A stretch of DNA of 64,000 bases from an uncultured Candidatus Rokubacteria bacterium (GTDB taxonomy: Bacteria; Methylomirabilota; Methylomirabilia; Rokubacteriales; CSP1-6): contig CAVWWD010000003.1 in assembly GCA_963758635.1 (NCBI GenBank), forward strand, positions 512,001 to 576,000, in the 5' to 3' direction. Made by a program: the position numbers and the translations under genes. Under the pieces are notes generated by a model that worked only from the letters and a program-made list of their open reading frames with translations, searched no databases and was not told where the DNA came from. The stretch's first letter is position 1. Each line of letters starts with the position of its first letter. Shown here piece after piece: positions 30,980 to 45,503 of this stretch.

Positions 30980-33571
30980 ATGAGCCAGCAACGTGACGAT
31001 GACGCAGGGGCCGAAATCGGTCAGGCCGGCGCCATGCCTGCGCTCGCGGCGCCAACCGCATCCCCTCTGATCGGTCCCGCCAAGGGGACGTTTCTCGCCC
31101 GCCACATTGCGCGCCTCGCACGCACGCCGGGCGAACGCACGGCTTTTCAGCGTGTGCTCGCAGTGGCGCACGCTCGGGTCAGAGAACTCGAAGAGCTCTC
31201 GCAGGATGCTGATGCGGCGATCGGCGGCGATGCCGCCGCGATCGCTCGCTTCCGGGAAACGCTCACCCGAGCGATACGCAGCGGCATTCAAGGCCGGACC
31301 CGCCGGGCGCCCGAGATCGACGACCCATTGGCGTTCGCGCGCGGCTTCGCCGGGGCAGGTCCTTGCAACGGCGGCCTCCGGCTTGTCGAGCCGGCCGAAG
31401 TTGCTCGGGTCCGGGTAGCCATCGACAGCATCACTGCGCGGGATCCCGCCATGCACAGCCGCTCTCGGGAGACACTCGCCGGACTGTGGGACCGCGGCCG
31501 CGCGCTCGACCGTCTCTACGACGATGCGGTCACGGACAATCCACGGGCCGCGGCCTATGTGCGTAGCGTGGCGGAGCGCATTGGCGTCACGGGCCCCGGG
31601 AGTCCCGACTCTGGTCCACGTGGTCTGCCCGGCGACGACGGAATCTGGCCGCCTCCGGGCAGCGGCGGCCTCGTCGATCCGCCCTGGCCGGACGAGCCGC
31701 CCACGCCGGACATTCCCGACTTCTGTGATCAGGCGCGCCGTTTGTGCGAGGAACTCGTGATCAACGGATTCAGTCCGCGCACTCTGCCCCGCTCTGCGTT
31801 CACGACCGGCATCACCGGCGTTGAGCCGCAGGACGTTTGCCCCGGCGAGATGATCACGATTCGCGGCGCGAGCTTCGGACCGGCTCAGCCCGCCGACGTT
31901 GTGGTGCTGGTGGACAGCTTGATCGCGCAGGTGACGCTCTGGACCGATACCGCCATCACGGTCATCGTGCCCAATCTGGCTCGCAGCGGATGCGTCGGAT
32001 TTCTCAATCAAACGATCGAGGCCGAGCGCCGCCTCCTCGATGAGCTGAACCGGCGGGACGCCCGCGATCTGAATGTCGGACTGCGTTGTCTCGGCGGCGG
32101 CGAAGAATTTCCCATCCTGCCGTATCTCATCGATTCGCCCGATTGTATGGGGACGAATTTTGTCTCGATCCTGCGTGCCCGCGTCGTGTTCTTCAGCATC
32201 AACGGGCAGAGCGACGTCACCGTCGCGCCGGGAACCCCCCTGCGGCTCTCGTGGGCCGCCCAGGACGCGGTCGACGTGTTCCTTCAGCGCGTCGGCTCCG
32301 ACGGCCCCGACGTTCCCCCAGGAGCCCAGCCGCTATCTGGCTTCGCAGATCTGGGGCCCTGGACCGATAACCGCATCCGGACGGCGACCTACCGCGTCAC
32401 GGCCCACAGCCGCTGCCGCACGGATACTGCTGAGGTCCACGCGACCCTCTTTCAACCCGGACTGCTTACGATTGCCGGCCTTGAGCTCGTGCAGGCGATC
32501 CAGAGGTGGGATGTCAACGACCCTGCGAATCAGAACACCGTCCGCCTCGCCGCTGGAAAAACAACGGTCGTGCGTACCTATGTCGACTTCGACGGCGCGG
32601 GGTTCGACTATGGGGACGGACCCGGCCGGGCGCCGCGTGTCGACGGAGAGGTCCGCCTCAGTCGCCCCGGCGGCGGCCTCGGATTCACCGTCCCCATCGA
32701 ACGGTTCACCCAACTGCCTACCGGCCGCCTGCTCGACCGCTCACTCCGGTCTGGCTCTCTCATGGCGATCATCCGCGCCGCCGGCGCTCCGCAGCCGCTT
32801 GAGGGCGTCTGGCAAATCAGTGTCGCGGTGGAAGCGACGGACATGAGCGGGCGCAGCATCGCGACGGCGGTGCTTCCCCCGCAATCCTTCACGTTCCACG
32901 TTCGCCGCGAGGTGTGGTTTGTCGCGTACCGGGTGCGCGACAACGCGAACAATCTGCCGGCCCCGACGATGAATGCCGTGGCTGTCAGCCTGAACGCCAA
33001 TATCGATCGCCTTCCGCTCGATGACACCGACGCCGTGCCCGCGGTATTTCCGCCGCCGCTTGTCACCGATCATGATTTCACCCTGATGGACGGCGACGAC
33101 CCCGACCGCGAGCCCTGGGAAGACATGCTCGACGATCTTGAAGACGTTGCCGGCGACAATCCGGTGACGCCGGTCAGCTCAGGGCGCGGTACGCCGCTGG
33201 TCACCTATTGCGCATTCCTGCCCGACCCTTCGCCCCTGCCGGCCGGAGGCTACAACGGCATCGGCGGAATCGCGAATTTCGGCAGCCCTGAGCTGGTCGC
33301 CATCACGCTGCCCCTGGGGGCCATCATGGCCCACGAGTTCGGGCACACGCTCGACCTGGATCACGCTCCCGGACCGGATACGCCGAAAGATGAGATTGAT
33401 CCGCGTCTGGTAAACGCGACCGAGGATCATGGGTTCGATTCCGGTGTGGACAGTGGAGCGCTGGGCGCCGTCGTCCGGCAAGGCACGAACGACTTCATGG
33501 GCGATTTCGGCGGCAGCGGTGTCTCGACCCGGACCTGGGATACCGTCTTCGACATCATCGGCCCGCCGTAG
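30980..33571 (+). CDS. IPT/TIG- and Ig-like-domain protein with C-terminal metzincin-like zinc metalloprotease (M66-like)
   Basis: ITGVEPQDVCPGEMITIRGASFG...WTDTAITVIVP (IPT); LELVQAIQ...GKTTVVRTYV; AHEFGHTLDLDHAP at ~33330 and a Met-turn-like DFMG. Confidence 0.75.
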   Translation: MSQQRDDDAGAEIGQAGAMPALAAPTASPLIGPAKGTFLARHIARLARTPGERTAFQRVLAVAHARVRELEELSQDADAAIGGDAAAIARFRETLTRAIRSGIQGRTRRAPEIDDPLAFARGFAGAGPCNGGLRLVEPAEVARVRVAIDSITARDPAMHSRSRETLAGLWDRGRALDRLYDDAVTDNPRAAAYVRSVAERIGVTGPGSPDSGPRGLPGDDGIWPPPGSGGLVDPPWPDEPPTPDIPDFCDQARRLCEELVINGFSPRTLPRSAFTTGITGVEPQDVCPGEMITIRGASFGPAQPADVVVLVDSLIAQVTLWTDTAITVIVPNLARSGCVGFLNQTIEAERRLLDELNRRDARDLNVGLRCLGGGEEFPILPYLIDSPDCMGTNFVSILRARVVFFSINGQSDVTVAPGTPLRLSWAAQDAVDVFLQRVGSDGPDVPPGAQPLSGFADLGPWTDNRIRTATYRVTAHSRCRTDTAEVHATLFQPGLLTIAGLELVQAIQRWDVNDPANQNTVRLAAGKTTVVRTYVDFDGAGFDYGDGPGRAPRVDGEVRLSRPGGGLGFTVPIERFTQLPTGRLLDRSLRSGSLMAIIRAAGAPQPLEGVWQISVAVEATDMSGRSIATAVLPPQSFTFHVRREVWFVAYRVRDNANNLPAPTMNAVAVSLNANIDRLPLDDTDAVPAVFPPPLVTDHDFTLMDGDDPDREPWEDMLDDLEDVAGDNPVTPVSSGRGTPLVTYCAFLPDPSPLPAGGYNGIGGIANFGSPELVAITLPLGAIMAHEFGHTLDLDHAPGPDTPKDEIDPRLVNATEDHGFDSGVDSGALGAVVRQGTNDFMGDFGGSGVSTRTWDTVFDIIGPP

Positions 33572-33608
33572 TCGAGAGGGAAGCGGGAAAGCGAACGGAG
33601 GAAGGGAA

Positions 33609-34529
33609 ATGGAAGATCCAATGGTCGCGAAGGACGGCGCCGAACGGGAACCGGCTCGTGCCCCTGTGATGTATGTGAAGGTGCGGGGACGCCTCTATGA
33701 CGACAACCGCCTCGCGATTCGCTTCGACGGCCCCGCTGGCCGTCCCCTGGCGGCGGATGACGACGCCGGCCTGCGGTTGTGGGCCGAGATATACGATTCC
33801 GCCGGCGGTTTGCGTCTGCGTCACCCGCTCGCGCTGCGCGAGAGGCGTTTGATCATCATCCATGGTCGCGTTTCACAACCCGGCTACCGTCGCGTGCACG
33901 CCCATCTGCCGCTCCCATCCGATGCGGCGGAGATCCGCTTCACACGAGACGGAATTGTTCTGCGTTCGGCGAAGGTTCCGGCGACCCCGCCTGCTCTCAA
34001 CCTCATGCGGGAACCGCCCCAACGGACCGGTGGCCCGTTCACTGTCGAATGGCAGACCGATGCGCCGGTCCGTTGCCGGTTATTCCTGACCGTGGACGGC
34101 AAAAGCTGGATGCCTTTGACGGGCTGGCTGCGTGGCCGGGCGGTCAGCCTGGACCCTGCCGATCTGCCGGGCGGCCCCGCCTGCCGCCTGCGCCTGCGCG
34201 CAACAGACGGCTTCCGTGCCATCGAACGCACCACGGCACCCTTCGCGGTGCCGGTGAAACCCTGCGCGGCGATGATCATCGCCCCGTCCGATAAGGAGCG
34301 CATGCGTGCCGCTGTTCCTGTTGCTCTACGTGGGCAGGGATGGTGGCTCGAGGAACAGCGCGCTGAGACCGCCGCTCTGCGCTGGGAATCGTCAGTAGAT
34401 GGACCGCTCGGCGCCGGCGCCGTGCTTCGCGCCAAACTCTCACCTGGTCCGCACACGATCACCCTTACCGCCGGGACCGGCCCCAGGGCGGGAAGAGCAA
34501 CAATCACACTGGTCATGGAAACCTCGTAA
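33609..34529 (+). CDS. hypothetical beta-rich Ig/FN3-like protein
   Basis: Open frame with purine-rich RBS; DLPGG...RLRATDGF, LRWESSVDGPLGAG, LSPGPHTITLTA. Confidence 0.7.
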   Translation: MEDPMVAKDGAEREPARAPVMYVKVRGRLYDDNRLAIRFDGPAGRPLAADDDAGLRLWAEIYDSAGGLRLRHPLALRERRLIIIHGRVSQPGYRRVHAHLPLPSDAAEIRFTRDGIVLRSAKVPATPPALNLMREPPQRTGGPFTVEWQTDAPVRCRLFLTVDGKSWMPLTGWLRGRAVSLDPADLPGGPACRLRLRATDGFRAIERTTAPFAVPVKPCAAMIIAPSDKERMRAAVPVALRGQGWWLEEQRAETAALRWESSVDGPLGAGAVLRAKLSPGPHTITLTAGTGPRAGRATITLVMETS

Positions 34530-34623
34530 GGCTTCTTGGGTGCCGCCGCTTCCACACTGTCGGCGGCGACGGAGGGAAGCGCTCCCGGTGGTGCGTCTGT
34601 CCCCGCGTACGCCACAGGGTCAG

Positions 34624-34902
34624 TCAACGGGGTAAGAGCGGTCCGGGTCCAGAAGACCACGGCCAGCGCCGCCGGAGACTGCGGGCCACGGTGCCCAGGC
34701 GATTCAGGTCGTCGAGGCTGAGCAGCGCATGGCGCCGGGGAGGCCGCCCGACGCGGCCGTACTGAGGGCGGAACCCGAGGCGCCAGTTCCTCCAGCGGAC
34801 GGTCTCGGGGCTCCAGCCGAGCAGCAGGCCGACGGCCTCGCGGGTCAGCCGCACCCCCTTCATCCAGCTGCAGACAGGGCAGCCGGGCGCCCGGCGTCTC
34901 AC
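34624..34902 (-). CDS. small excisionase/MerR-like HTH protein (possibly a remnant)
   Basis: RLTREAVGLLLGWSPETVRWRNWRLG...GRPPRR...SLDDL resembles an HTH_17/Xis pattern; lies next to the right direct repeat. Confidence 0.4.
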   Translation of the reverse strand: MRRRAPGCPVCSWMKGVRLTREAVGLLLGWSPETVRWRNWRLGFRPQYGRVGRPPRRHALLSLDDLNRLGTVARSLRRRWPWSSGPGPLLPR

Positions 34903-35096
34903 GAGCGACGACGGCCGCTGCGGCGGCTTGCGCCGGCCGGTCGCGACGTGGGGTGGCGAGCTTTGCTCGGCACCCCACGAACCCTCTATAATGTCGACAC
35001 TTGGAGCCAGCGGCGCGCCGATGGAGTCCGCGGCTCGTCCGATCCTGCCGAGGGCATCGCGTACCGGCGAGCCCGGCTCACCCCGGAGGTCCTCCC

Positions 35097-35831
35097 ATGC
35101 TCGAGTTCCACGGCGAGACGGACGTAGGGAAGCGGCGGCAGCTCAACGAGGACGCGATCTACGCCGAGGGCACGCTCTTCGTCGTCTGCGACGGGATGGG
35201 TGGCCACAAGGCGGGCGAGGTGGCCTCGAAGCTCGCCACCGACGTGATCGCCAACTTCGTGAAGCGCTCCGAGGAAGACCCCGAGCTGACGTGGCCCTAC
35301 GGTTTCGACCCGCGCATGTCGTACGAAGGCAACCGCCTCAGCACGGCGATCAAGCTCGCGAACCGCGTGGTGTACCGGAAGGCCATGTCGTCCGACGACT
35401 ACAACGGCATGGGCACCACGGTCGTGGCGCTGCTCTTCGCGGCGGGGCGCCCGGAGATGACGTACGGCCACGTCGGCGACAGCCGGCTGTACCTGATCTG
35501 TGGCGACACCATCACCCAGCTCACCCGCGACGACAGCTGGGTGAACCTGGTCTCGCCCGGCGACACCGCGGTCATGAAGAACGTCCTCACCAAGGCCCTC
35601 GGCGCCCGGGAAGAGGTGGAGTTCGACGTGGTGGTCCGGCCGCTCGCCCCCGGGGACATCGCGCTGCTCTGCTCCGACGGCCTCACCAACATGCTCTCCG
35701 ATCCCGAGATCCGCGATATCGTCAGCGCGAGCGGCGACATGGGCGCGGCGTGCCGCCAGCTCGTCGCGGCCGCCAACGAGCGTGGCGGCCGTGACAACGT
35801 GAGCGCCCTCCTGGTGCGCTACACCGGCTGA
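35097..35831 (+). CDS. PP2C/Stp1 family Ser/Thr phosphatase
   Basis: TDVGKRRQLNED, VCDGMGGHKAGEVAS, GMGTT, HVGDSRLY, LLCSDGL, GGRDNVS. TATAAT at 34987. Confidence 0.95.
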   Translation: MLEFHGETDVGKRRQLNEDAIYAEGTLFVVCDGMGGHKAGEVASKLATDVIANFVKRSEEDPELTWPYGFDPRMSYEGNRLSTAIKLANRVVYRKAMSSDDYNGMGTTVVALLFAAGRPEMTYGHVGDSRLYLICGDTITQLTRDDSWVNLVSPGDTAVMKNVLTKALGAREEVEFDVVVRPLAPGDIALLCSDGLTNMLSDPEIRDIVSASGDMGAACRQLVAAANERGGRDNVSALLVRYTG

Positions 35832-35860
35832 TCGCTCCCGGAGCCGCCGGCCAACCCACC

Positions 35861-35932
35861 AATGACCCTTGCAGGGTACGGTAACCGCCACGGGCCTCTA
35901 CAATCCCACCGCTCGGCATTAGTCTGATGCGC
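35861..35932 (+). repeat. dispersed conserved non-coding motif, copy 2
   Basis: aatgacccttgcagggtacggtaaccgccacgggcctcTACAATcccaccgctcgg; 50/56 identical to copy 3. Confidence 0.85.
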
Positions 35933-35952
35933 GGGGCTCTGAGCCGGGCGAG

Positions 35953-41346
<5,394 letters not shown>

Positions 41347-41389
41347 ACCGGCGGCCGCGGGCGCCGGGCCGCCCGGTTGCGGGGGGCCC

Positions 41390-42979
41390 TCAGCGGGCCG
41401 GAGGTGGGATCGTGGCCGTCGACTCCGCCCGCTGCTTCATGCCGCGAAGCCGCAGGGCAGGAAGCGGCCCCTCGTGCTTGGTCGTGATCGTCAGGGGCTC
41501 CGCGTGCACGATGCGCCACACCCACTGGTGGACCTGCGGGCTGATCACGATCTCCGTCGGCCCCGCGCCCTCGCAGTAGCGGTTGGCCATGTTGACCGCG
41601 TCGCCGATCACCGTGAACTCCATGCGCTCCTGCGAGCCGATGAAGCCGTGCAGGACCTCGCCGCAGTGGAGCCCGATGCCCATGTCGCACGCGACCTGGC
41701 CGCGCTTGGCCCGCGCCTCGCTCACCGCGTGGACCGCCGCCTGCATGGCGAGGGCGGCGCGCACCGCCTTCTCGTGCTGCTCGGAGTCGGCCTCGGGGCT
41801 GCCGAAGACCACGAGCATCGCGTCGCCGATGAACTTGTCCACGGTGCCGTCGAAGCGGAACACCACGTCGACGAGCGGCGCGAAGTAGTCGTTGAGCATG
41901 TCCACCACGTCCTGCGAGTCCATGCCCGCGGACAGCCGCGTGAAGTCCCGGATGTCGGCGATGAGGATCGTCACCTCGGACTTCTGCCCGCCGAGGCGCA
42001 TCCGCCCGAGGCGCGCGCTGGCGAGGAGCCGGTCGCGCACCTTCGGCGAGAAGTTGGTCATGAGCCGCGTCATCAGGTGCGCGTTCGAGCGCAGCTCCTC
42101 CTGCATGCCGTGCTGCTTCACGGCCATGGCCGCGTACTGGGCCAGCGCGAGGAGGAGCCGGAGGTCGTCGGTGCTGAACGCGTCGAGCCGGTCGTAGTTC
42201 ACCGAGCACAGCACGCCGAACGCCTCGTCCTTCCAGAGGAGCGGCGCGTACATGCCGGACTCGATCGCGCGCCCGAGGGAGACGGTCACGTCGGGGTCGT
42301 GCCCGCGGCGCCACACGAAGCCCTGGCGGCGCTCCATGGCCTGGCGGGCCAGGCTCAGGCTCACGTCGGGGTCGCCGGCGGGCACCTGCGCCTTCAGGAG
42401 GAGCTGGCCGGTCGCGGGGTCCTTCACGAGGAGCGCGCCCCGCATGGCGGCGGGGATGGCCGCGGTGAGGCGCTCGACGATGGTCTGGAGCACCGTGTCG
42501 AGCCGGCTGTCCATGCTGAGCTGCAGCGGCAGGTCGTACAGGAGGGCGAGCCGGCGGCCCATGGCGCTCGACGGCTCCTCGGTGCCGTCGAAGAGGGCGC
42601 CGGCGGCGTCCAGCGCCTGGGTGATGTCGCCGCCGAGGAGCCGCGAGGTGGTGTCGGAGGCGGAGGGCGGGGGCTCGGGGGTGGCATCGAGCACGAGCAC
42701 GGTGTCGCCGATCTGGATGTTGTCGCCGGGCTGGAGCCGGCGCCGGCCCATGCCCTTCACGTCCTCGCCGTTGACGAGCGTGCCGCGGCTCGACCCGAGG
42801 TCCTCGATGAAGAAGCGGCCGTCGTCGACCACGATGGCGGCGTGCGGGCGGGAGACCGCCTTGTCCGGCGAGAGGTCGAGGTCGACGTCGAGGTCGGGAC
42901 GGGCCCGCCCGATCGTCACTCTCCGCTTCGTGGTCTCGAAGACGGAGTCCTTGCCCTCGTAGGAACGCACGATCCGCAT
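41390..42979 (-). CDS. FHA-GAF-adenylate cyclase
   Basis: IGR...VSRPHA...DLGSSRGTLVNG (FHA); GAF region; ADIRDFT, VDKFIGDA, TVIGDAVNMANR. Confidence 0.93.
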   Translation of the reverse strand: MRIVRSYEGKDSVFETTKRRVTIGRARPDLDVDLDLSPDKAVSRPHAAIVVDDGRFFIEDLGSSRGTLVNGEDVKGMGRRRLQPGDNIQIGDTVLVLDATPEPPPSASDTTSRLLGGDITQALDAAGALFDGTEEPSSAMGRRLALLYDLPLQLSMDSRLDTVLQTIVERLTAAIPAAMRGALLVKDPATGQLLLKAQVPAGDPDVSLSLARQAMERRQGFVWRRGHDPDVTVSLGRAIESGMYAPLLWKDEAFGVLCSVNYDRLDAFSTDDLRLLLALAQYAAMAVKQHGMQEELRSNAHLMTRLMTNFSPKVRDRLLASARLGRMRLGGQKSEVTILIADIRDFTRLSAGMDSQDVVDMLNDYFAPLVDVVFRFDGTVDKFIGDAMLVVFGSPEADSEQHEKAVRAALAMQAAVHAVSEARAKRGQVACDMGIGLHCGEVLHGFIGSQERMEFTVIGDAVNMANRYCEGAGPTEIVISPQVHQWVWRIVHAEPLTITTKHEGPLPALRLRGMKQRAESTATIPPPAR

Positions 42980-43010
42980 GGCTACGGCCCGTCTCTCCTC
43001 GCGTCGCCGG

Positions 43011-43352
43011 CTACTGGAACTCGAGCGTCGCGGCCCGCAGGCCGCAGAGCAGCTTGCCCGCCGTCTCGAGGCACCGATCGTTGGCCGGGGGCATCACGGG
43101 GCCGGCGAGGGCGTCCCGGTGCCAGCGTTCCAGCGGCAGCTCCTTCAGGATGCCACGACCGCCGGCCAGGCGCAGGGCGCGTTCGGTGGCCATCAGCCCC
43201 ACGTCCGCCGAGTACGCCTTGGACTGGTTGTACGGGAAGGCGGACTCCGCATCGTAGCGCGCGGCGCGGGCCGCGAACCGCTCGCGCGACAGCGCCGCCA
43301 TCGCGTCGATGATCCGGCGTTGCTCGTCGGTGACGGGGGGCAGGGGAAACAT
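43011..43352 (-). pseudogene. acyl-CoA dehydrogenase with large in-frame internal deletion
   Basis: N-terminal TDEQRRI...FAARAARYDAESAFPY joined directly to C-terminal NQSKAY...ALRLAGGRG...PLERWHRDA; only 113 aa. Confidence 0.75.
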
Positions 43353-43601
43353 CCGCCGCTCATTTTAGCGCGGGCGGCGGCGCAGGCGACAGCGCGGCGC
43401 GCGCCGCCGCCCTGCGCCTGCCGCCGATCACGTCCTGCTCGAGCGCGATGAGGCCCCCGATCTCGCTGCTGGCGCTCCGGGGCGTCCACGGCGCCCGCCC
43501 GCCCCAGGGTGTGGCCCCGGCGCCCCGGCCGGTCTCCGGTCCCCGGGCGCAAAGACATCATTTTGCGCCGCTCGAAGACTCGCTTAGAATCCCGTGGGCG
43601 G

Positions 43602-43617
43602 TGGCGCGGTTTGTGCA
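43602..43617 (+). promoter_or_regulatory. putative sigma54 promoter (cytochrome c)
   Basis: TGGCGCGGTTTGTGCA, with GG/GC at -24/-12 spacing. Confidence 0.6.
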
Positions 43618-43672
43618 CCACCTCGAGCGTTGTCCGTGAGGCACCCAGAAGAGCGCCAGGAAAGGACCACAG

Positions 43673-44845
43673 ATGTTCCACGCCAGGGTTGTGGTCGTGT
43701 CGGCAGCCGTGCTCCTCTTCGCCCTGGGCGGGGCGGAGGCTCAACAGGCCACCCCGGGTCAGGATCCGGCCGCGGGAGCGCGCGTCTTCGATTCCGCCGG
43801 GTGCGTCAAGTGCCACGCGATCAACGGCGTGGGCGGCAAGGTCGGGCCCGACCTCGCGAAGAGCGCGCGAAGCCGTTCGTTCTACGACCTCGCCTCGGCG
43901 GTGTGGAATCACCTGCCGCGCATGACCTCGCGGATGGAGCAGATGGGCATCGCCCGCGTGAAACTGAGCTCGCAGCAAGCCGGTGACGTGGTCGCGTACC
44001 TCTACACGCTGCACTACTTCGACCGTCCCGGCCGCCCCGACAACGGCAAGCGCCTCTTCGCCGACAAGAAGTGTGTCCAGTGCCACCAGGTCGAGGGGCG
44101 CGGCGGCACCGTGGGCCCGGCCGTCGATGCGTTCAAGCGCTTCTCGTCGCCGCTCTACGTGGCCGCCGCGATGTGGAACCACGGCCCGCAGATGGCCGAG
44201 GCCATGAAGGCCCAGGGCATCGAGCGGCCCCGCCTCTCCGCCGACGAGTTGCGGGACCTGATCGCCTATCTGTCCCCCGCCACCAGCCGCACGGGGCCCG
44301 TGCCGACGACGGCGGGCGGCGCCGAGCGGGGCCGGCTGATCTTTGCCGAGAAGGGGTGCGTGAGCTGCCATCCCGCGACGGGAGGCGGCGCCGGCCCGTC
44401 GCTGGTCGGTCGCGGCGTGCGACGAAGTCCCCTCGAGTTCGCCGCCGCGCTCTGGGAGAAGGCGCCAGCGATGCTCGCGGCGCGCAAGCCGGAGATGGGA
44501 CCGCCGCCGACGCTGACCGCCGACGACATGGCCGACCTCGTCGCCTACCTCGACGCCACCGGATACTTCGCGGGCTCGGGCAGCGTGACCGGCGGGTGGC
44601 GCGTCATGGCCGACAAGGGCTGCCTGGTCTGCCACGGTGTGCACGGAGAACGCGGCAAGCCGGCCAGCGACCTCACCCGCGCCTCCGCGCTCGATTCGCG
44701 CGCCGCCGTGCTGGCGAGCTTCTGGAACCACACGACGGTCACGGCGCCCGCGGCGGGAGGCGGGCGCGCCCCGTGGCCGGCCATCTCGCCGCGCGAGATG
44801 GCGGACCTGATGGCGCTTCTGCAGGCGTTCCAGCGCCGCCCCTGA
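43673..44845 (+). CDS. exported tetraheme c-type cytochrome (four class-I-like domains)
   Basis: Signal peptide; CVKCH, CVQCH, CVSCH and CLVCH, each followed by a WNH.P.M-like segment. Confidence 0.9.
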   Translation: MFHARVVVVSAAVLLFALGGAEAQQATPGQDPAAGARVFDSAGCVKCHAINGVGGKVGPDLAKSARSRSFYDLASAVWNHLPRMTSRMEQMGIARVKLSSQQAGDVVAYLYTLHYFDRPGRPDNGKRLFADKKCVQCHQVEGRGGTVGPAVDAFKRFSSPLYVAAAMWNHGPQMAEAMKAQGIERPRLSADELRDLIAYLSPATSRTGPVPTTAGGAERGRLIFAEKGCVSCHPATGGGAGPSLVGRGVRRSPLEFAAALWEKAPAMLAARKPEMGPPPTLTADDMADLVAYLDATGYFAGSGSVTGGWRVMADKGCLVCHGVHGERGKPASDLTRASALDSRAAVLASFWNHTTVTAPAAGGGRAPWPAISPREMADLMALLQAFQRRP

Positions 44846-45044
44846 CGCGCGACTCCGGCTGACCGGGCCCCCACCGGTGACATGCGGTGGGGGGCCGCGA
44901 GCCCGCGTGCCCGCGGAGTCACCGCGGGCGTCCCCTCCCTCTCCCCGAGCGTGTGTGACGCTACTGCCCCGGCCGGGACACGGGCGCCGCGCACGTCCGG
45001 CCACCAAGGCGTCCAAGGTCGCGATTGTCCAGCCCTCCCGCGCG

Positions 45045-45060
45045 TGGCATTTCGAATGCA
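45045..45060 (+). promoter_or_regulatory. putative sigma54 promoter
   Basis: TGGCATTTCGAATGCA upstream of 45135. Confidence 0.65.
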
Positions 45061-45134
45061 CCTCCCTGCGGTGAGCCTCTGCCGTCGGAGACGCGGGCAC
45101 GAGCCGGAACCCCCCTCGTGAGAGGAGAGCCGCG

Positions 45135-45503
45135 ATGGATCTGTACTTCGAGCCTTGGGAGGCAGGCATCCGCGAAGCGTGGATCGAGAGCGTCCAGGGC
45201 ATGGCCGACGCCATCGGCTCGGCCATGCTGATCGCGCTGTTCGTCCTGGTGCCGATGGCCGTGCTGCTCGCGCCCCGCCGTCAGCGGCGGCGGATCGTGT
45301 GCCCGCTGAAGGGTCAGGCGATGCACGTCCAGTTCGACGCGTGCGGGGTCCCGGGGGTGCTCTGGTCGGCCACGGTCCGGAGCTGCAGCGCCTTTGATCC
45401 GCCCACCGCGGTGCATTGCGACGGCGCATGCCTTCGCGGGTCCGCGGGGCGAAGCGCCGGCACTCTCCACGAGGGGGGCCAGGTTGCCGGGAGGGGACGA
45501 TGA
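45135..45503 (+). CDS. small membrane-anchored Cys-rich hypothetical protein
   Basis: RBS GAGGAG, one TM helix, then CP...C...CS.F....HC..C. Confidence 0.7.
   Translation: MDLYFEPWEAGIREAWIESVQGMADAIGSAMLIALFVLVPMAVLLAPRRQRRRIVCPLKGQAMHVQFDACGVPGVLWSATVRSCSAFDPPTAVHCDGACLRGSAGRSAGTLHEGGQVAGRGR

Larger units (their letters stand above)
30567..34971. mobile_element. lower-GC genomic islet flanked by imperfect 35-bp direct repeats (attL/attR-like)
   Basis: ccggtcgcgacgcgggacgacgtgcttcgctcggc (30567-30601) vs ccggtcgcgacgtggggtggcgagctttgctcggc (34937-34971), 29/35 identical. Different codon usage inside; no integrase visible. Confidence 0.65.
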
